Assembly: GCF_006345805.1 (NCBI RefSeq)
Contig: NC_043016.1
Span: forward strand, 20,708,001-20,772,000
Source: Octopus sinensis
Taxonomy: Eukaryota
DNA length: 64,000 nt
Direction: 5' to 3'
The stretch's first letter is position 1. Each line of letters opens with the position of its first letter. Both the position numbers and the translations under genes were made by a program. The notes under the pieces were generated by a model. That model was not told the origin of the DNA. It searched no databases and worked only from the letters and a program-made list of their open reading frames with translations. Below are positions 63,380-64,000 of the stretch, piece after piece.

Positions 63380-64000
63380 ATATATAAAAATGAAGCGAAG
63401 AATCGAAAAAAACGCAATGATCACCAGAAAGGAGTTGCAAGAAGATTTGTTAGCTTCAGGGACTAGTGTTAAACTATGAACAATCAGCAATGAACTTCAT
63501 AGGAATGAACTGAAGTCACACTCTCCTAGAAAAACTCTGCTGTTGACTATTTAAAATTTGTTTATGAACATAAAGATAAATCTGATACATTCTGGGAAAA
63601 CGTTCTATGGACAGACGAGTTGAAAATTGAATTGTTTGGACAAAATTTGCATAGGCATGTTTGGAGGAAAGATGGTACCACCTATTTGCCAAAAATTACA
63701 ATTCCTACAATAAGGTTTGGAGGTGGCAACATCATGGTGTGGGGGTGTTTCTCTGCAAATGATACTGGCAATTTACATGTGATAGATGGTAGAATGAATG
63801 CAGAGATGTACCAAAATATTTTGAACAATAATTTATGGGACTCTGTAGAAAAGCTCCAGTTTTGTGAAGAGTGGGTTTTACAACAGGGTAACAACCCTAA
63901 GCACATAACGAAGTCTACCAAAAAATGGATTGACAATCACAATATAAAATTATTAGAATGGCCAAGCCAGTTACCTGACTTGAACCCCATTGAAAATTTG
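63380..64000 (+). mobile_element. Tc1-like transposase remnant (runs off the window)
   Basis: FWENVLWTDELKIELFG...FGGGNIMVWGCFS...QQGNNPKH...WPSQLPDLNPIENL; the second catalytic D is substituted. Confidence 0.92.

Overview
Eukaryotic, AT-rich, repeat-saturated DNA. The SINE, RTE and microsatellite families resemble those I recall from octopus/coleoid cephalopod genomes; this is an inference, not a search result. I see no intact host protein-coding gene, and almost all ORF-track entries are microsatellite or antisense artefacts. The window is a mosaic of decayed mobile elements: R4/Dong-like, RTE, Tx1/L1-like and Penelope-like retroelements, three tRNA-type SINE families, non-autonomous Helitrons, and mariner, Tc1, pogo, hAT and Chapaev-like DNA transposons. 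The less expected items are: a ~1 kb decayed 18S rRNA copy with a probable upstream spacer (minus strand, ~10.2-12.7 kb); minimal hammerhead-ribozyme-like folds in Penelope-type tails (best at 62007-62059); an intron-retaining tRNA-Ile(UAU) pseudogene; a PHD finger embedded in the RTE reverse transcriptase; a duplicated CpG-rich cassette with NRF1/ETS/YY1-like motifs; and many fold-back repeats. I cannot claim a wholly new system. Coordinates were read by eye, and edges of decayed elements are approximate.
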